Source of the DNA: a virus
Taxonomy: Duplodnaviria > Caudoviricetes
IMG/VR virus record: IMGVR_UViG_3300043384_000003
Location: 1 to 47,334 of that record
DNA length: 47,334 bases
Strand: one strand, 5' to 3'
Part shown: positions 27,319 through 36,520 of the stretch, in pieces
How positions within the stretch are numbered: the first letter of the stretch is position 1
Layout: the number at the start of each line of letters is the position of its first letter
Translations under genes and position numbers: made by a program
Notes under the pieces: model-generated
Database searches by the model: none
Told to the model about the DNA's origin: nothing
Seen by the model: only the letters and a program-made list of their open reading frames with translations

Positions 27319-27657
27319 TCAGACCATCCAACTGATGCCGCAAGATACGCACAGCTCACCCCGGTACGTCGGAACAACGGCGTCCGACTTGCACCCAGGG
27401 CAGCGCACGCGGCTGATCTTGCGCTTCATGGCCCTGCGCTGGTATGGAGCGGTTCCGCCCCAAACGCCGGTTTCGGCGTCGTCTTCTTCGTTCTCCAGCG
27501 CGTACTCCAAGCACTGGACCTTGACCGGGCATCGGTCGCACATGATCTGGATGTCCGGCGCTACGCGCTCCAGCGTGTGATCTTCCAGAGCCCATAGCCG
27601 GGGGTCCTGGGACCCCCGGCACGAACCCTTCAGCTGGATCAGCTGAAGTGTGGACAT
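27319..27657 (-). CDS. whiB: WhiB-family transcription factor with a C-terminal Zn ribbon
   Basis: C…CDRCPV..QCLEYAL…GVWGG, plus CPGC/CVSC. Confidence 0.9.
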   Translation of the reverse strand: MSTLQLIQLKGSCRGSQDPRLWALEDHTLERVAPDIQIMCDRCPVKVQCLEYALENEEDDAETGVWGGTAPYQRRAMKRKISRVRCPGCKSDAVVPTYRGELCVSCGISWMV

Positions 27658-28433
27658 CAGCCCTCCAGGGCCTTCGCACTGGTGCTGGAGTCCAGGGCGC
27701 CCGTGGCAAGGGACGCCCGGTCACCCGCCGCGCGACCGGCGCGCGTCGCGTCGAAATCGGTCCGGTGGCTGCGCGCCTTGCCGATCTTCATTTCGTCCTT
27801 AACCCACTGGTTCACCTTGTCGGACCGGTCGATGAGAACCAGGTCCGTGCTGACCGACGCGGCACCGTTGGCGGCGTCGTGCTCCGCCACGGCTTCCTTG
27901 CGCATGATCCAGAGCCGGACACCGACCCGTGCACCGAAGCCCTTGATGAAGGACGTCCGGAAGACGTCCTTCTGCTGGCGCGTCATCGGCTCATAGCTGT
28001 AAACGTCCGCGTTGCGCAGGGCAGTCTCACGCGGCGCGATGACCTGGCCCTGAAGCGACTCCCAGAGGAACTTGACCCGCGCGACGTCGGACGCGTACCC
28101 GACCAGGACAAGCCCCTTCTCATAGGGGATGTTCCGGTAACTCTGGATGAAACCCTTGCAGTTCATCGCGTCCGCGATGTCGGTGCCCAGGATGACCAGC
28201 GCGTGGTGGAGGCGCTTGCTGCGCTCGGTCGGGCGGAGCACCACCTTGATGATCTGTTCCGCAGGGTCGCTACCCGAACGGTGCGCCTGGATCTCGGCAT
28301 CCTGGATCATCCACTCCGCCATGAGCTTGGTGGCCTTGTCCGTGTACGCCTCGCGCTCCGCTTCGGTCGCGGCGCTGTCCTCCGCCTTCGCCAAGAGCTT
28401 GGCAATCTTGTCCAGGCGACTGGTGTCTGTCAT
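27657..28433 (-). CDS. DUF2786-domain protein
   Basis: 'KIAKLLAKAE…EREA…KATKLM', 'SFIKGF', 'GRAAGDRA'. Confidence 0.8.
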   Translation of the reverse strand: MTDTSRLDKIAKLLAKAEDSAATEAEREAYTDKATKLMAEWMIQDAEIQAHRSGSDPAEQIIKVVLRPTERSKRLHHALVILGTDIADAMNCKGFIQSYRNIPYEKGLVLVGYASDVARVKFLWESLQGQVIAPRETALRNADVYSYEPMTRQQKDVFRTSFIKGFGARVGVRLWIMRKEAVAEHDAANGAASVSTDLVLIDRSDKVNQWVKDEMKIGKARSHRTDFDATRAGRAAGDRASLATGALDSSTSAKALEG

Positions 28434-28474
28434 GTCTTCTCCTCATGTCGTCTCGGCGTTGCGCCGTTGTCACT

Positions 28475-28502
28475 ATGGTATCACGTCAAAGCGCGGTGTC
28501 AA
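28475..28502 (-). promoter_or_regulatory. Housekeeping-sigma promoter, leftward
   Basis: TTGACA-16 nt-TACCAT with an extended TG. Confidence 0.6.
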
Positions 28503-28681
28503 GCTGAAGCCTCCAGGCGTACTGGCGGCCACGACAGTTCCCACTCCTTCCACGGGTCCATGGGCACGGTGTCCTCAAGCTCATCCACGGAGCGCACCCA
28601 GGGGACAGCGGCTTGGCCGATGGAGTACGGCGCGGCCACGGGCGGGGTCGGGCGGCCAGTGTGGCGACCTTTGTAGCTCAT
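28499..28681 (-). CDS. Hypothetical protein (60 aa)
   Basis: RBS gaaagga; lies downstream of the divergent promoter region. Confidence 0.55.
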   Translation of the reverse strand: MSYKGRHTGRPTPPVAAPYSIGQAAVPWVRSVDELEDTVPMDPWKEWELSWPPVRLEASA

Positions 28682-28714
28682 CGTTTCGTCCTTTCGTCAT
28701 GGTCAAATCTGATG

Positions 28715-28770
28715 CCTATAACATCATGACAGAGGGGGCTTGTCAAACGGCCGAGACTCTGTCATGATGA
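28715..28770. promoter_or_regulatory. Divergent promoters with a 13-bp inverted repeat
   Basis: catcatgacagag (28722-28734) / ctctgtcatgatg (28757-28769); rightward TTGTCA-17 nt-CATGAT; leftward TTGACA. Confidence 0.6.
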
Positions 28771-28809
28771 TGAAGTCAAGGCGCAAGGGGCGCCGAAACG
28801 GAGGATGAG

Positions 28810-29784
28810 ATGAGCGTTTACGACAAGGGAAACACGTTGGTCTCCACTCGCGTGGCGCCGTGGATGAAGGTTGGCACGGAGCTTACCGAGCAGGACCACA
28901 TGACCGCTCACGAGGCTGCGATGCGCGGCGGGCTGGACTTCACGGTCTCCCTGCGTGACATCCAGTACCGCGTCAAGGGCGGCAACGGCTGGGCTCCGGC
29001 CGAGCAGGGTACCGGCAAGCAGGCGGTCACCCGGAAGATGGTCGCGGCGGACGACACGGACGAGTGGATGGGCACCGTTTCCGGTGACTACCCGCTGATC
29101 CAGTACGGCGACGCGTTCAACTTCCTGGACGCGCTCGGCGCCAAGTACGTAGCGGCCGGCACGCTCTATAAGCGGCGTCAGGGCTTCATGGTCGCGCAGC
29201 TGCCGAACATGGACCAGCTCGCGCTCCTGGACGGCCAGGACCCGCACGACATCTTCGTGGTGGTCCGCACGTCGCACGACCGGACGCGGGCCATGGAGGT
29301 GGCGGTCATGCCGCTGCGCGGCCGGTGCATGAACCAGCTCCCGCTGGCCAGCTTCACCAAGGGCGCCAAGCAGCGCTGGTCCGTCAAGCACATCGGTGAC
29401 GTGGACAAGGCGCTCAAGGCGATCCAGGTCAACCTGACCAACACGCTGGCGTACTGCAAGGAGCTGCGGGAGATCTCGGACCGCCTCGCGGCCATCCAGC
29501 TGGAGGAAGACGTCCAGCGGGAGATTCTGGCCAAGGTTCTGGACGGCAACGGCTCGCCGAAGCCGAAGACTGGTGAGAAGATCGAAATCATCATCCGGAA
29601 CACGCACGACCAGGAGCGCAACGGCTTCGCGGGGACCGGTTGGGGCCTGGTGAACGCGGTCAGTGAGCACATGGACTGGCAGCGCATCCTGGGCACGCCG
29701 GAGTCGCGGTTCCTCGGAGCCCTCCAGGGCCAGACGTACCGGGCGATCAACCGGACTGCTGCACTGGTGCTCAGCCGGCACTAA
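28810..29784 (+). CDS. DUF932/DUF945 (TIGR03299-like) phage/plasmid protein
   Basis: 'GLDFTV', 'GTVSGDY..IQY.DAF', 'TSHD', 'R..CMNQL', 'GTGWGLVNAVSEH.DW'. Confidence 0.85.
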   Translation: MSVYDKGNTLVSTRVAPWMKVGTELTEQDHMTAHEAAMRGGLDFTVSLRDIQYRVKGGNGWAPAEQGTGKQAVTRKMVAADDTDEWMGTVSGDYPLIQYGDAFNFLDALGAKYVAAGTLYKRRQGFMVAQLPNMDQLALLDGQDPHDIFVVVRTSHDRTRAMEVAVMPLRGRCMNQLPLASFTKGAKQRWSVKHIGDVDKALKAIQVNLTNTLAYCKELREISDRLAAIQLEEDVQREILAKVLDGNGSPKPKTGEKIEIIIRNTHDQERNGFAGTGWGLVNAVSEHMDWQRILGTPESRFLGALQGQTYRAINRTAALVLSRH

Positions 29785-29799
29785 GATCCCTCCCCCGGG

Positions 29800-29838
29800 A
29801 CACGGAGCCCCGATCCGCAAGGGTCGGGGCTTCCGTGT
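29800..29838 (+). terminator. Terminator after DUF932
   Basis: acacggagccccgatcc-GCAA-gggtcggggcttccgtgt, GNRA loop. Confidence 0.75.
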
Positions 29839-29942
29839 ATCTGCGTCAAAGTGTTAGACTGACGTTTCGTTGTTCCATCGTTCTGAATTCTGTGAGGCGT
29901 TGTCGCGATCCCGAAGACCGGCAGGTCCACGCAGCCAGTAGG

Positions 29943-29978
29943 AACAAACAGAGCGCCCGGCCAGTCGGCCGGGCGCTC
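29943..29978 (-). terminator. Leftward intrinsic terminator
   Basis: gagcgcccggcc-4 nt-ggccgggcgctc followed by tgtttgtt on the minus strand. Confidence 0.75.
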
Positions 29979-29993
29979 CGCGTTTCCCCTGGG

Positions 29994-30227
29994 TCAGACG
30001 GTGGCGTACCAGTACGTGATGCCCTTGCGGAGACGCTTGGAGATGCGGTTCGCATCCGCTGCGTGGAGCCGGTTGAGGCACAGGTACGCCTGGCCCGGGG
30101 AGATGTCCGGGTCCGACGCGTGAAGCATCTCGTAAACCTGGTCGCGCGTGGTGCCGTGCTCATTGTGCTCCGCGAGAAAGGCGAATACCTGCTCATCGCG
30201 GGCCACGGTGGGGCGAGCTTCCGCCAT
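29994..30227 (-). CDS. Small hypothetical protein, possibly winged-helix (77 aa)
   Basis: RBS gaaggag; helix-turn-helix-wing-like pattern. Confidence 0.65.
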   Translation of the reverse strand: MAEARPTVARDEQVFAFLAEHNEHGTTRDQVYEMLHASDPDISPGQAYLCLNRLHAADANRISKRLRKGITYWYATV

Positions 30228-30271
30228 GGGTTGACTCCTTCGTGACGTGACGACGTTACCGCATCAAGGTA

Positions 30272-31192
30272 TCACATCGGCGGCAGATTCAATCGCTGCT
30301 CAATACCCGCTGCGAGTGACCAACGCGGCGTGTAGTGCTCCAGCAGCCTGGAGATGTCCGCCACGCGGTACGCGACGCCGGCCGGTTCGCTGGCGTCGGT
30401 TTCGATCTCCACGTCCTTGAAACCGTCAATCTGGGCGGCCAGGCGTACCAGCTCGGTCATGGACGTGGCGACGCCGGTTCCGAGGTTTACCGCCCCGATG
30501 ACATCGGCGTCCACCAGGGCGAGGGTTGCCCGGCACAGGTCATCCACGTGGATGAAGTCGCGCACCTGCTTTCCGTCACCCCAGATCTTCACGGGCGACT
30601 CACGGCGGCGCACGCGCTCCACCAGCGCGCCGAACGGGAACTCTGTCGACTGGTCAGGGCCATAGCCGGAGAACGGCCGTACGACCGTAACAACGCCTCC
30701 AGCGGCCTGATAGCTGCTGGCCAGGTCTTCGCCCAGCACCTTGGCCACGCCGTACACAGCGTCCGCGTCACGCCCGTCCATGTGCGTCTCCGCCAACCGC
30801 GTGTGCTGGTGCGCGTACTGGAGGCTTCGCGGGTACGCGGCGGAGCTGGAGAGGTACACGATCCGCCCCGGTCGCACGATGTGCGCCCAGCGGAACAGCG
30901 AGGCATCCAGGTGCACGTTTTCCGGGAAGTGCGCGGGCTTGCTATCGATGGCCTTGCGGTTCGGCTCCATCGCGGCAGCGTGGACCACCAGGTCAAACTC
31001 CTCCCGGTGGTCCTTGGTCCCGAGGTACGCGCGCATGTCCCAGGGGTACACGTGGTCATTGTCCAGCTCAGGCGTGCCAAGGAACGCGGGGTCCACACGC
31101 GTCACGGCGTAATCCGCCTGGATCAGGTGGCGGGTCATGTGGCGCCCGATGAAGCCGGCACCACCGGTCACAAGGGCTCGCTTCATCGTCAT
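30272..31192 (-). CDS. NAD-dependent nucleotide-sugar epimerase/dehydratase
   Basis: 'VTGGAGFIG', 'YLSSSAAY', 'YGVAK' (YxxxK), 'IWGDGKQVRDFIHVDD'. Confidence 0.92.
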   Translation of the reverse strand: MTMKRALVTGGAGFIGRHMTRHLIQADYAVTRVDPAFLGTPELDNDHVYPWDMRAYLGTKDHREEFDLVVHAAAMEPNRKAIDSKPAHFPENVHLDASLFRWAHIVRPGRIVYLSSSAAYPRSLQYAHQHTRLAETHMDGRDADAVYGVAKVLGEDLASSYQAAGGVVTVVRPFSGYGPDQSTEFPFGALVERVRRRESPVKIWGDGKQVRDFIHVDDLCRATLALVDADVIGAVNLGTGVATSMTELVRLAAQIDGFKDVEIETDASEPAGVAYRVADISRLLEHYTPRWSLAAGIEQRLNLPPM

Positions 31193-31207
31193 GCGGAGAT
31201 CCTAGCA

Positions 31208-31249
31208 ACGAAGAAGCGCCCCGCCTGCGTGATGCTGGCGGAGCGCTTC
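31208..31249 (-). terminator. Terminator after the SSB gene
   Basis: gaagcgctccgcc…ggcggggcgcttc stem followed by ttcgtt on the minus strand. Confidence 0.65.
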
Positions 31250-31258
31250 GACGTTACA

Positions 31259-31975
31259 TCAGAACGCCGGTACGGTCTCCTTGTCGATGACGACCGGAGC
31301 GGCGTCACCTTCCACGGCCACGGTCTCCGTGGGGACCGTCTCCGGGACCGGAGCCGGCATCGGCTGCGGAGCCGGCATCGCCACGGGCGCGGGCATCGCG
31401 GCCGGAGCCGGCATGGCGGCCGGAGCCACCATCGGAGCCGGAGAGCCCAGGGGCGACGTCGGCGCCACGGTCGGCACGTTCGGCTGCATGCCGCCCAGCG
31501 GAACGGCGGAGGCCATGACGCCCGGACCGCCGAGACCGCCCAGCGGGCGCTGAACCGCCCCCTGGATGACACCCGGACCGGCAGCCGCGAAACCGGCCAC
31601 GTTGTTCCGATCCACGCCCTGGTACGGACGCGTGTTCACGTTCGCGGTGGCCTTGCGGCCCACCAGCATGGTGGCCAGCTGGTCCATGCTGGGCTGCGTG
31701 CCCAGGATGGCCGAATCCACGCCGAGCGCTCCCAGGTTGCGGAAGAAGAACATCAGCGCGGTGGGGTTGTCCTTGCTCAGCGTCAGCTGCGTGAACAGCT
31801 TGCGGCCGGTGCCCGGACCGTCCCAGATCCGCAGCTCCAGCGAGATCATCGGGTTTCCGGCGTTGCTGTCCTTCGCGGCGGCCTTCTCGACCTCCACCGG
31901 GTACGGCCCGTCCGGCAGCGGCCGGGACGCTTCCTCAGCCTGGGTGTAAAGACTGGCCCAGTCGATCACGGTCAT
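31259..31975 (-). CDS. DUF669-like single-stranded DNA-binding protein
   Basis: 'PLPDGPY', 'GNPMI', 'GRKLF', 'YQG..RNNV', Pro/Ala tail ending in 'PAF'. Confidence 0.75.
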   Translation of the reverse strand: MTVIDWASLYTQAEEASRPLPDGPYPVEVEKAAAKDSNAGNPMISLELRIWDGPGTGRKLFTQLTLSKDNPTALMFFFRNLGALGVDSAILGTQPSMDQLATMLVGRKATANVNTRPYQGVDRNNVAGFAAAGPGVIQGAVQRPLGGLGGPGVMASAVPLGGMQPNVPTVAPTSPLGSPAPMVAPAAMPAPAAMPAPVAMPAPQPMPAPVPETVPTETVAVEGDAAPVVIDKETVPAF

Positions 31976-32757
31976 GCGTTCACTCCTTCAATGCATTCAT
32001 CTCCGTAGATCTCGCAGAACATACGCGAGATGTCCGGGGAATCGATGATGTCGGGCAGAATGCCCGCGAGGCGGTTACCCGCCTCGTACATCGGGTGAGT
32101 CCCGATGAGCATGCGACGAAGCGTGATCGTACGCTTCAGTTCCGGGTCCGTTGGGTCCAGGGCTTCCTCCACGAACAGGTATCCGCAGGCATCCACCCAG
32201 TACGGCAACGAACCTTCAATCTGACCCTGCATCGTGGGGACCTGACGCGGGGAGTTGGGCTTCACGCGCGTCTCCGCGATGAACAGCACGAAGCGCGTGG
32301 GGATGGTGTCGATCAGCACCAGGTCCCGATAGCTGCGGATCATGTTATCCATCAGCACCAGGAGCCGGCCCCAGTTCTCACGCTGCATGTCCTCCGAGCC
32401 CACCAAGGACTGCTTGCAGCGGCGCTGGATCTCCGTGATGGAGTCCACGATCACGGACTGAAAGTCGTGCGGTGCCTGGGTCAACATCGTGTAGACCCGA
32501 CCCAGAACCGTCCAGTCCCGAACCGTCACGATCACGATGTCGATCGGGTTTTCCGCCGTGCGGCGCGGCGTCGGTTCGTTCATCGGGTTCCAGTGGACAA
32601 CCACGGCCGGCTTGCCACCACGTCCGAAGCTGCGGATGAACCGCCATCCGCCTTCGGCGTCCAGCACCAGGATCGGAGCGGGCGCGGTGCTGCCCAGCGT
32701 GGTCTTTCCGACCTTCGCCCATGCGTGCACCAGCATGGACAAGGTGTTCGTCTTCAC
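31972..32757 (-). CDS. AAA_24/Sak4-like ATPase
   Basis: Walker A-like 'AWAKVGKTT', 'LDAEGG', 'VIVDSITE'. Confidence 0.8.
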   Translation of the reverse strand: MKTNTLSMLVHAWAKVGKTTLGSTAPAPILVLDAEGGWRFIRSFGRGGKPAVVVHWNPMNEPTPRRTAENPIDIVIVTVRDWTVLGRVYTMLTQAPHDFQSVIVDSITEIQRRCKQSLVGSEDMQRENWGRLLVLMDNMIRSYRDLVLIDTIPTRFVLFIAETRVKPNSPRQVPTMQGQIEGSLPYWVDACGYLFVEEALDPTDPELKRTITLRRMLIGTHPMYEAGNRLAGILPDIIDSPDISRMFCEIYGDECIEGVNA

Positions 32758-34100
32758 TGCGCGTCTCCCTGCGTTTGGTAGTAGCTCATCGGGTCGCGGA
32801 CCACGTACATGGCGGACATGAAGTCCTCAGCGGCGCTGCCGTCATCGAACATCGGGCATACGCCCGTGAAGGGGCACTTCCAGGAGCAGTCACGCGTGGG
32901 ATGCGGGTAGGCCACGCTGATCGGGTCGACTCCGCGCGCCAGGTCGCTCTCCACGGCGAGAATGTCCGTGATCTGACCCTCCAGGCGCGTCCGGTAGGTA
33001 AGGAGCTGCTTTTCGCTGTAGTTGGCCGGCATGCGCCGATAGAACGGCGGTTTGGCCGTGCCGGTGCGCTTCACCTTGCGCATGGCGTTGAACAGCGCGC
33101 CATTGCAGCGGTCTTCGGCGTCCGGCAGGGCCAGCCACTCCAGGAGCAGATAGTGGAGCATCTGCGGGTCACCCAGGCGCAGCCGGTACTCCAGCTCATC
33201 GAATGACTGCGTGGTCTTCGTGTCGACGATGCGCCGCGAGCCATCGGAGAGCATCCGGACACGGATATCGATCTTTCCGATGATGTCCACGGCCGTGACG
33301 CCGGTACCGGGCGCGATGTCGTCCCCCTGGAGCAGGCGAGCCTGGAGGTACTTCTCCGAACCGATGACCAGGAGATTGGCGTCCTCTCCCGTCTCGGCCA
33401 GCCAGTCCACGTACCCGGCGATCATCGCGCGCTCCAGGTTCGCCTCCGCGTTGAACTTGGTCGTCAGCTCATCGCTGAACAGGCCAGCCTCCGTGAGTGC
33501 GGTCCAGTCCTGAACGATCAGCATCTCCAGGACGTCACGCGGGTCCTGGGCTTCCTGGCCTTCCGGGACGTACAGAGCCTCCAGGGCACGGTGGATGCGA
33601 TGTCCGATGGCTGCGGCACCGGTCGGGTTCTCGCGCGGCGTGGTGATCCCCCGGTACCACTGGAGCCACCACTTACGCCGGCAGTCCTGGAAGGTCTGAA
33701 TCTCGGAGTTGGACACCAGCCGTGTGGAGCCGAGACGGACCGGCCCAGGGGGCAGGTGACGCCCACGGTTCTCAGAGCGCGCCACAGCGGCCGGACGACG
33801 GCGCGGCATACCGATCGGTACCGGCAGCGGCGGCACGTCCGGACCGTCCGCGTGGGGCAGCGTGAGCACGTCCACGCCCTGCTGGTTGAAGAACGTCACC
33901 AACCAGTAGTGCTCATCCTCCGTGGCGACGCGCGACTGAGCCCGCTCCAAGTTCTGGAGCTGGTAGTCAGAAATGGTGCTCCCGGTCAACGCGGCGAGCG
34001 CCACCGTGAACTGTGCGCGGGTCAGACCGAGCTGGAGGCGACCACGGAGGATCTGCTTCCCGTGGATACGTGTCATCGTCAGGACATTGTCTGTCGTCAT
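32754..34100 (-). CDS. RecB/Cas4-like PD-(D/E)xK exonuclease with an N-terminal XRE-like HTH
   Basis: 'SNSEIQTFQDCRRKW', 'GHRIH', 'GKID', 'VDTKT', 'QMLHY', 'CSWKCPF..VC'. Confidence 0.8.
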   Translation of the reverse strand: MTTDNVLTMTRIHGKQILRGRLQLGLTRAQFTVALAALTGSTISDYQLQNLERAQSRVATEDEHYWLVTFFNQQGVDVLTLPHADGPDVPPLPVPIGMPRRRPAAVARSENRGRHLPPGPVRLGSTRLVSNSEIQTFQDCRRKWWLQWYRGITTPRENPTGAAAIGHRIHRALEALYVPEGQEAQDPRDVLEMLIVQDWTALTEAGLFSDELTTKFNAEANLERAMIAGYVDWLAETGEDANLLVIGSEKYLQARLLQGDDIAPGTGVTAVDIIGKIDIRVRMLSDGSRRIVDTKTTQSFDELEYRLRLGDPQMLHYLLLEWLALPDAEDRCNGALFNAMRKVKRTGTAKPPFYRRMPANYSEKQLLTYRTRLEGQITDILAVESDLARGVDPISVAYPHPTRDCSWKCPFTGVCPMFDDGSAAEDFMSAMYVVRDPMSYYQTQGDAQ

Positions 34101-34101
34101 G

Positions 34102-35994
34102 TCAGATCCTCTGTCCCACGTGGCTGGTCTGGACGCCGTACAGCTTCAGCTCCAGCTCAGCGGTCGACTTGCCGGCAGCCTGAAGGGTCTCGATGTCGCG
34201 CGTGATCTCCTCCATGCGCTGATACTTCTCCATCATGGCGATGATCTGGGCTTCTTCCTCCGTGCCTTCGGCCACTAGATCGATGTACGTCACGGATTCG
34301 TGGCGCTCGCTGCCGATCCGGTGAACACGTCCGTCCGCCTGGATGGAGTGGATCATGTGATAGCTGCGCTGGAGGTAAATCTGGGTGTCCGCTGCGGTCA
34401 TGGTCAGACCGGTGGACCCGGCCTGAATGGTGTAAAGGAGTACGCGGGTCTTGCCACCCTGGAAAGCCTCCAGGGCCACGCCGCGCTCCCATTCGTTCTG
34501 GGCGCCAGTGATGAGCCCGTGCGTGATGCCCAGCTTGGTGAGGCGACGTGAGGCCATCTCGATGAGCTGACGCGACTCCGCGCACACGGTGACCTGACGG
34601 TCGCCCAACTCCTCCAGGATCAGCTCCAGCTCATCGAGCTTCGGCGACGGTTCCACCAGCCGGACCTGCCAGTCACGCGGGTCCGGCTCCCCGTGCGTCT
34701 CCACCTCACACATGGAGCTGGAGAGCTGGAGCAGGCGACGCTGGCGGGACAGGCTGGACGGCGCGATGAGGAGTCCGGCGTCTCCGCCCAGGTCGGTAAT
34801 CATCTGGTCGCGCAGCTCGCGGTAATGCCTGGCCATCTTCGGCGGCAGCGTGACCATGCGCTGAACGCGCACGATCGGCGGCAGCATCTCCAGGACCAGC
34901 CCCTTGGGCATGCGCCGGAACCGGGTGTCCAGGATGGTGAAGAACTCCTCCCGGCGCTCCGGCTGGATGCCCACGATCTTGAGGTTTCCGTACGGGGACC
35001 AGGCGGCCATGCAGTAGCGATCCACGAACTCAGAGCGCGTCGGGTAGTCCAGCGGAGCCAGGGCATGCATCAGAGACCAGACGTCGCTGGGATCGTTGGC
35101 CATCGGTGTACCGCTGGCGCCCCATCGGCGCGTCACGTGCGGGCTGTGCATCGCGGCCCAGAGCGCCCGCGTGACCTTGGACTGAGGGTCCTTGGCCCGG
35201 TGGATCTCATCCACGATGTACGTGCGGACCACGCTCTGATTGAGCGCCTTCGGGTGTACTTCGCAGCGGCTTGTGGGCAGACCAACCTCACCGTTGGTGC
35301 GGCAGTCGCGACACGCCCGGAGCGCGGTCGATCCGAACGGCGCGAGCCTGGAGACTCCGCGCAGGCTCTCATAGTTCACGATCAGGATGCCCGCTCCGTC
35401 GTCCTGCCACGCCTTGAGCACCTTGGCGCGCGCCACGGGCGTGCCCGCGTACACGAAGACAGGCACGCTGGGCAGGTGCTCTGCCAGCTGCTCACGCCAG
35501 TGCTTCTTGACGCCGTTCGGGCAGACCACGACGGCCGGCAACGGGTTGCGCGCGTCCGGTGCGAGGTCATAGGCGAAGACGTCCTCCGCCAGTGCCGTGA
35601 TGAGCTGGATTGTCTTGCCCACGCCCATGTCATCGCCCAGGAGACAGTCTCCAGCGGCCAGCAGCCACTCCACCCCGGCCTGCTGGAAGGGATAGAGCTT
35701 GCTCCCGTCGTACGAACGCTCCGGCGTGGTGCGGGACCGTAGCGCCATCACGCGGTCAATGCGCATGTCACGCTCAGCCCAGACGCGACGATTCAGGTTG
35801 CTACCAATCGTCAGCTGGTGCCCGAGCAGGCCACGCATGATGATGCAGGCGCCCCAGGAGAAGGGCGCGCGCCACACCTTGGAGGGACCGTCCCAGCGCG
35901 TCCCCGGCACCAGCTTGATGGTGTCCTTCTCCGCCCAGTTCGCCTGGATCACGATCTCATCCGGGCGCTCTGTCACGATGTCAGCGAACGCCAC
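34102..35994 (-). CDS. SNF2-family DNA helicase
   Basis: 'LYPFQ', 'DDMGVGKT', 'NYE', 'DEIH', 'SGTP', 'QADGRVHRIG'. Confidence 0.92.
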   Translation of the reverse strand: MAFADIVTERPDEIVIQANWAEKDTIKLVPGTRWDGPSKVWRAPFSWGACIIMRGLLGHQLTIGSNLNRRVWAERDMRIDRVMALRSRTTPERSYDGSKLYPFQQAGVEWLLAAGDCLLGDDMGVGKTIQLITALAEDVFAYDLAPDARNPLPAVVVCPNGVKKHWREQLAEHLPSVPVFVYAGTPVARAKVLKAWQDDGAGILIVNYESLRGVSRLAPFGSTALRACRDCRTNGEVGLPTSRCEVHPKALNQSVVRTYIVDEIHRAKDPQSKVTRALWAAMHSPHVTRRWGASGTPMANDPSDVWSLMHALAPLDYPTRSEFVDRYCMAAWSPYGNLKIVGIQPERREEFFTILDTRFRRMPKGLVLEMLPPIVRVQRMVTLPPKMARHYRELRDQMITDLGGDAGLLIAPSSLSRQRRLLQLSSSMCEVETHGEPDPRDWQVRLVEPSPKLDELELILEELGDRQVTVCAESRQLIEMASRRLTKLGITHGLITGAQNEWERGVALEAFQGGKTRVLLYTIQAGSTGLTMTAADTQIYLQRSYHMIHSIQADGRVHRIGSERHESVTYIDLVAEGTEEEAQIIAMMEKYQRMEEITRDIETLQAAGKSTAELELKLYGVQTSHVGQRI

Positions 35995-36520
35995 TGGAGA
36001 CCTCCAGGACGAACGTGGGCTCCGGCTCCGGCGTGTTGACCGAGACGTAACGGCCGTTGCGCACGCGCAGGAATTCGGCCGGGAACCTGGAGAGCAGGCG
36101 CAGGAGCGCGTGCCGCACCGCGTCAGCGGCGTGCACCTTGCCCGGCTGGTCGAAACCCAGGAGCTTCAGGAGCGCGTTGTCCGCGCAGGTCTTGGCGTCT
36201 CCGGCGTTCTGCTCCACCAGGTCCAGCCAACTGCCGTCAGGGTCCAGCTCCTTGACCATCTCGCGCAGGGCGCCATTGATCCGCGTCGCGTCGTTCTGCG
36301 CCGTGTGCTTGGCTCCGGGCGCAGTGATGTACCGCTCCGTGGCGATGTTGACGCGACGCTCCGGGAAGCGAAGGTGAAAGACCTCCAGCCAGGCACGCAG
36401 GAAGGGAATCACGTCCATGGAGGACACCTGTAGCGCCTGGAGGGTTCCGCCCACATACATGGCGACGCCGGTAGTTCCCCCTGGGTCCACGCCGATGACT
36501 ACCGGCCGGGCAGCGGTCAC
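35981..36520 (-). CDS. RuvC-like Holliday junction resolvase
   Basis: 'VIGVDPGGTTG', 'ATERY', 'HAADA.RH'; GTG start at 36520 overlaps the previous stop. Confidence 0.7.
   Translation of the reverse strand: MTAARPVVIGVDPGGTTGVAMYVGGTLQALQVSSMDVIPFLRAWLEVFHLRFPERRVNIATERYITAPGAKHTAQNDATRINGALREMVKELDPDGSWLDLVEQNAGDAKTCADNALLKLLGFDQPGKVHAADAVRHALLRLLSRFPAEFLRVRNGRYVSVNTPEPEPTFVLEVSSGVR

Noticed and set aside
31345-31445. Tandem ggagccggcat repeats
   Set aside because: They encode the (M)PAP low-complexity linker of SSB, not a separate repeat element
30335-32008. 557-aa plus-strand ORF (also 27648-28676, 34693-35742, and minus-strand 42571-44370, 28762-29820)
   Set aside because: Antisense to the epimerase/SSB, DUF2786, helicase, primase and DUF932 genes; shadow ORFs
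32754-34100. CRISPR-Cas system suggested by the Cas4-like nuclease
   Set aside because: No repeat-spacer array or other cas genes seen; it sits in a standard exonuclease-Sak4-SSB recombination module
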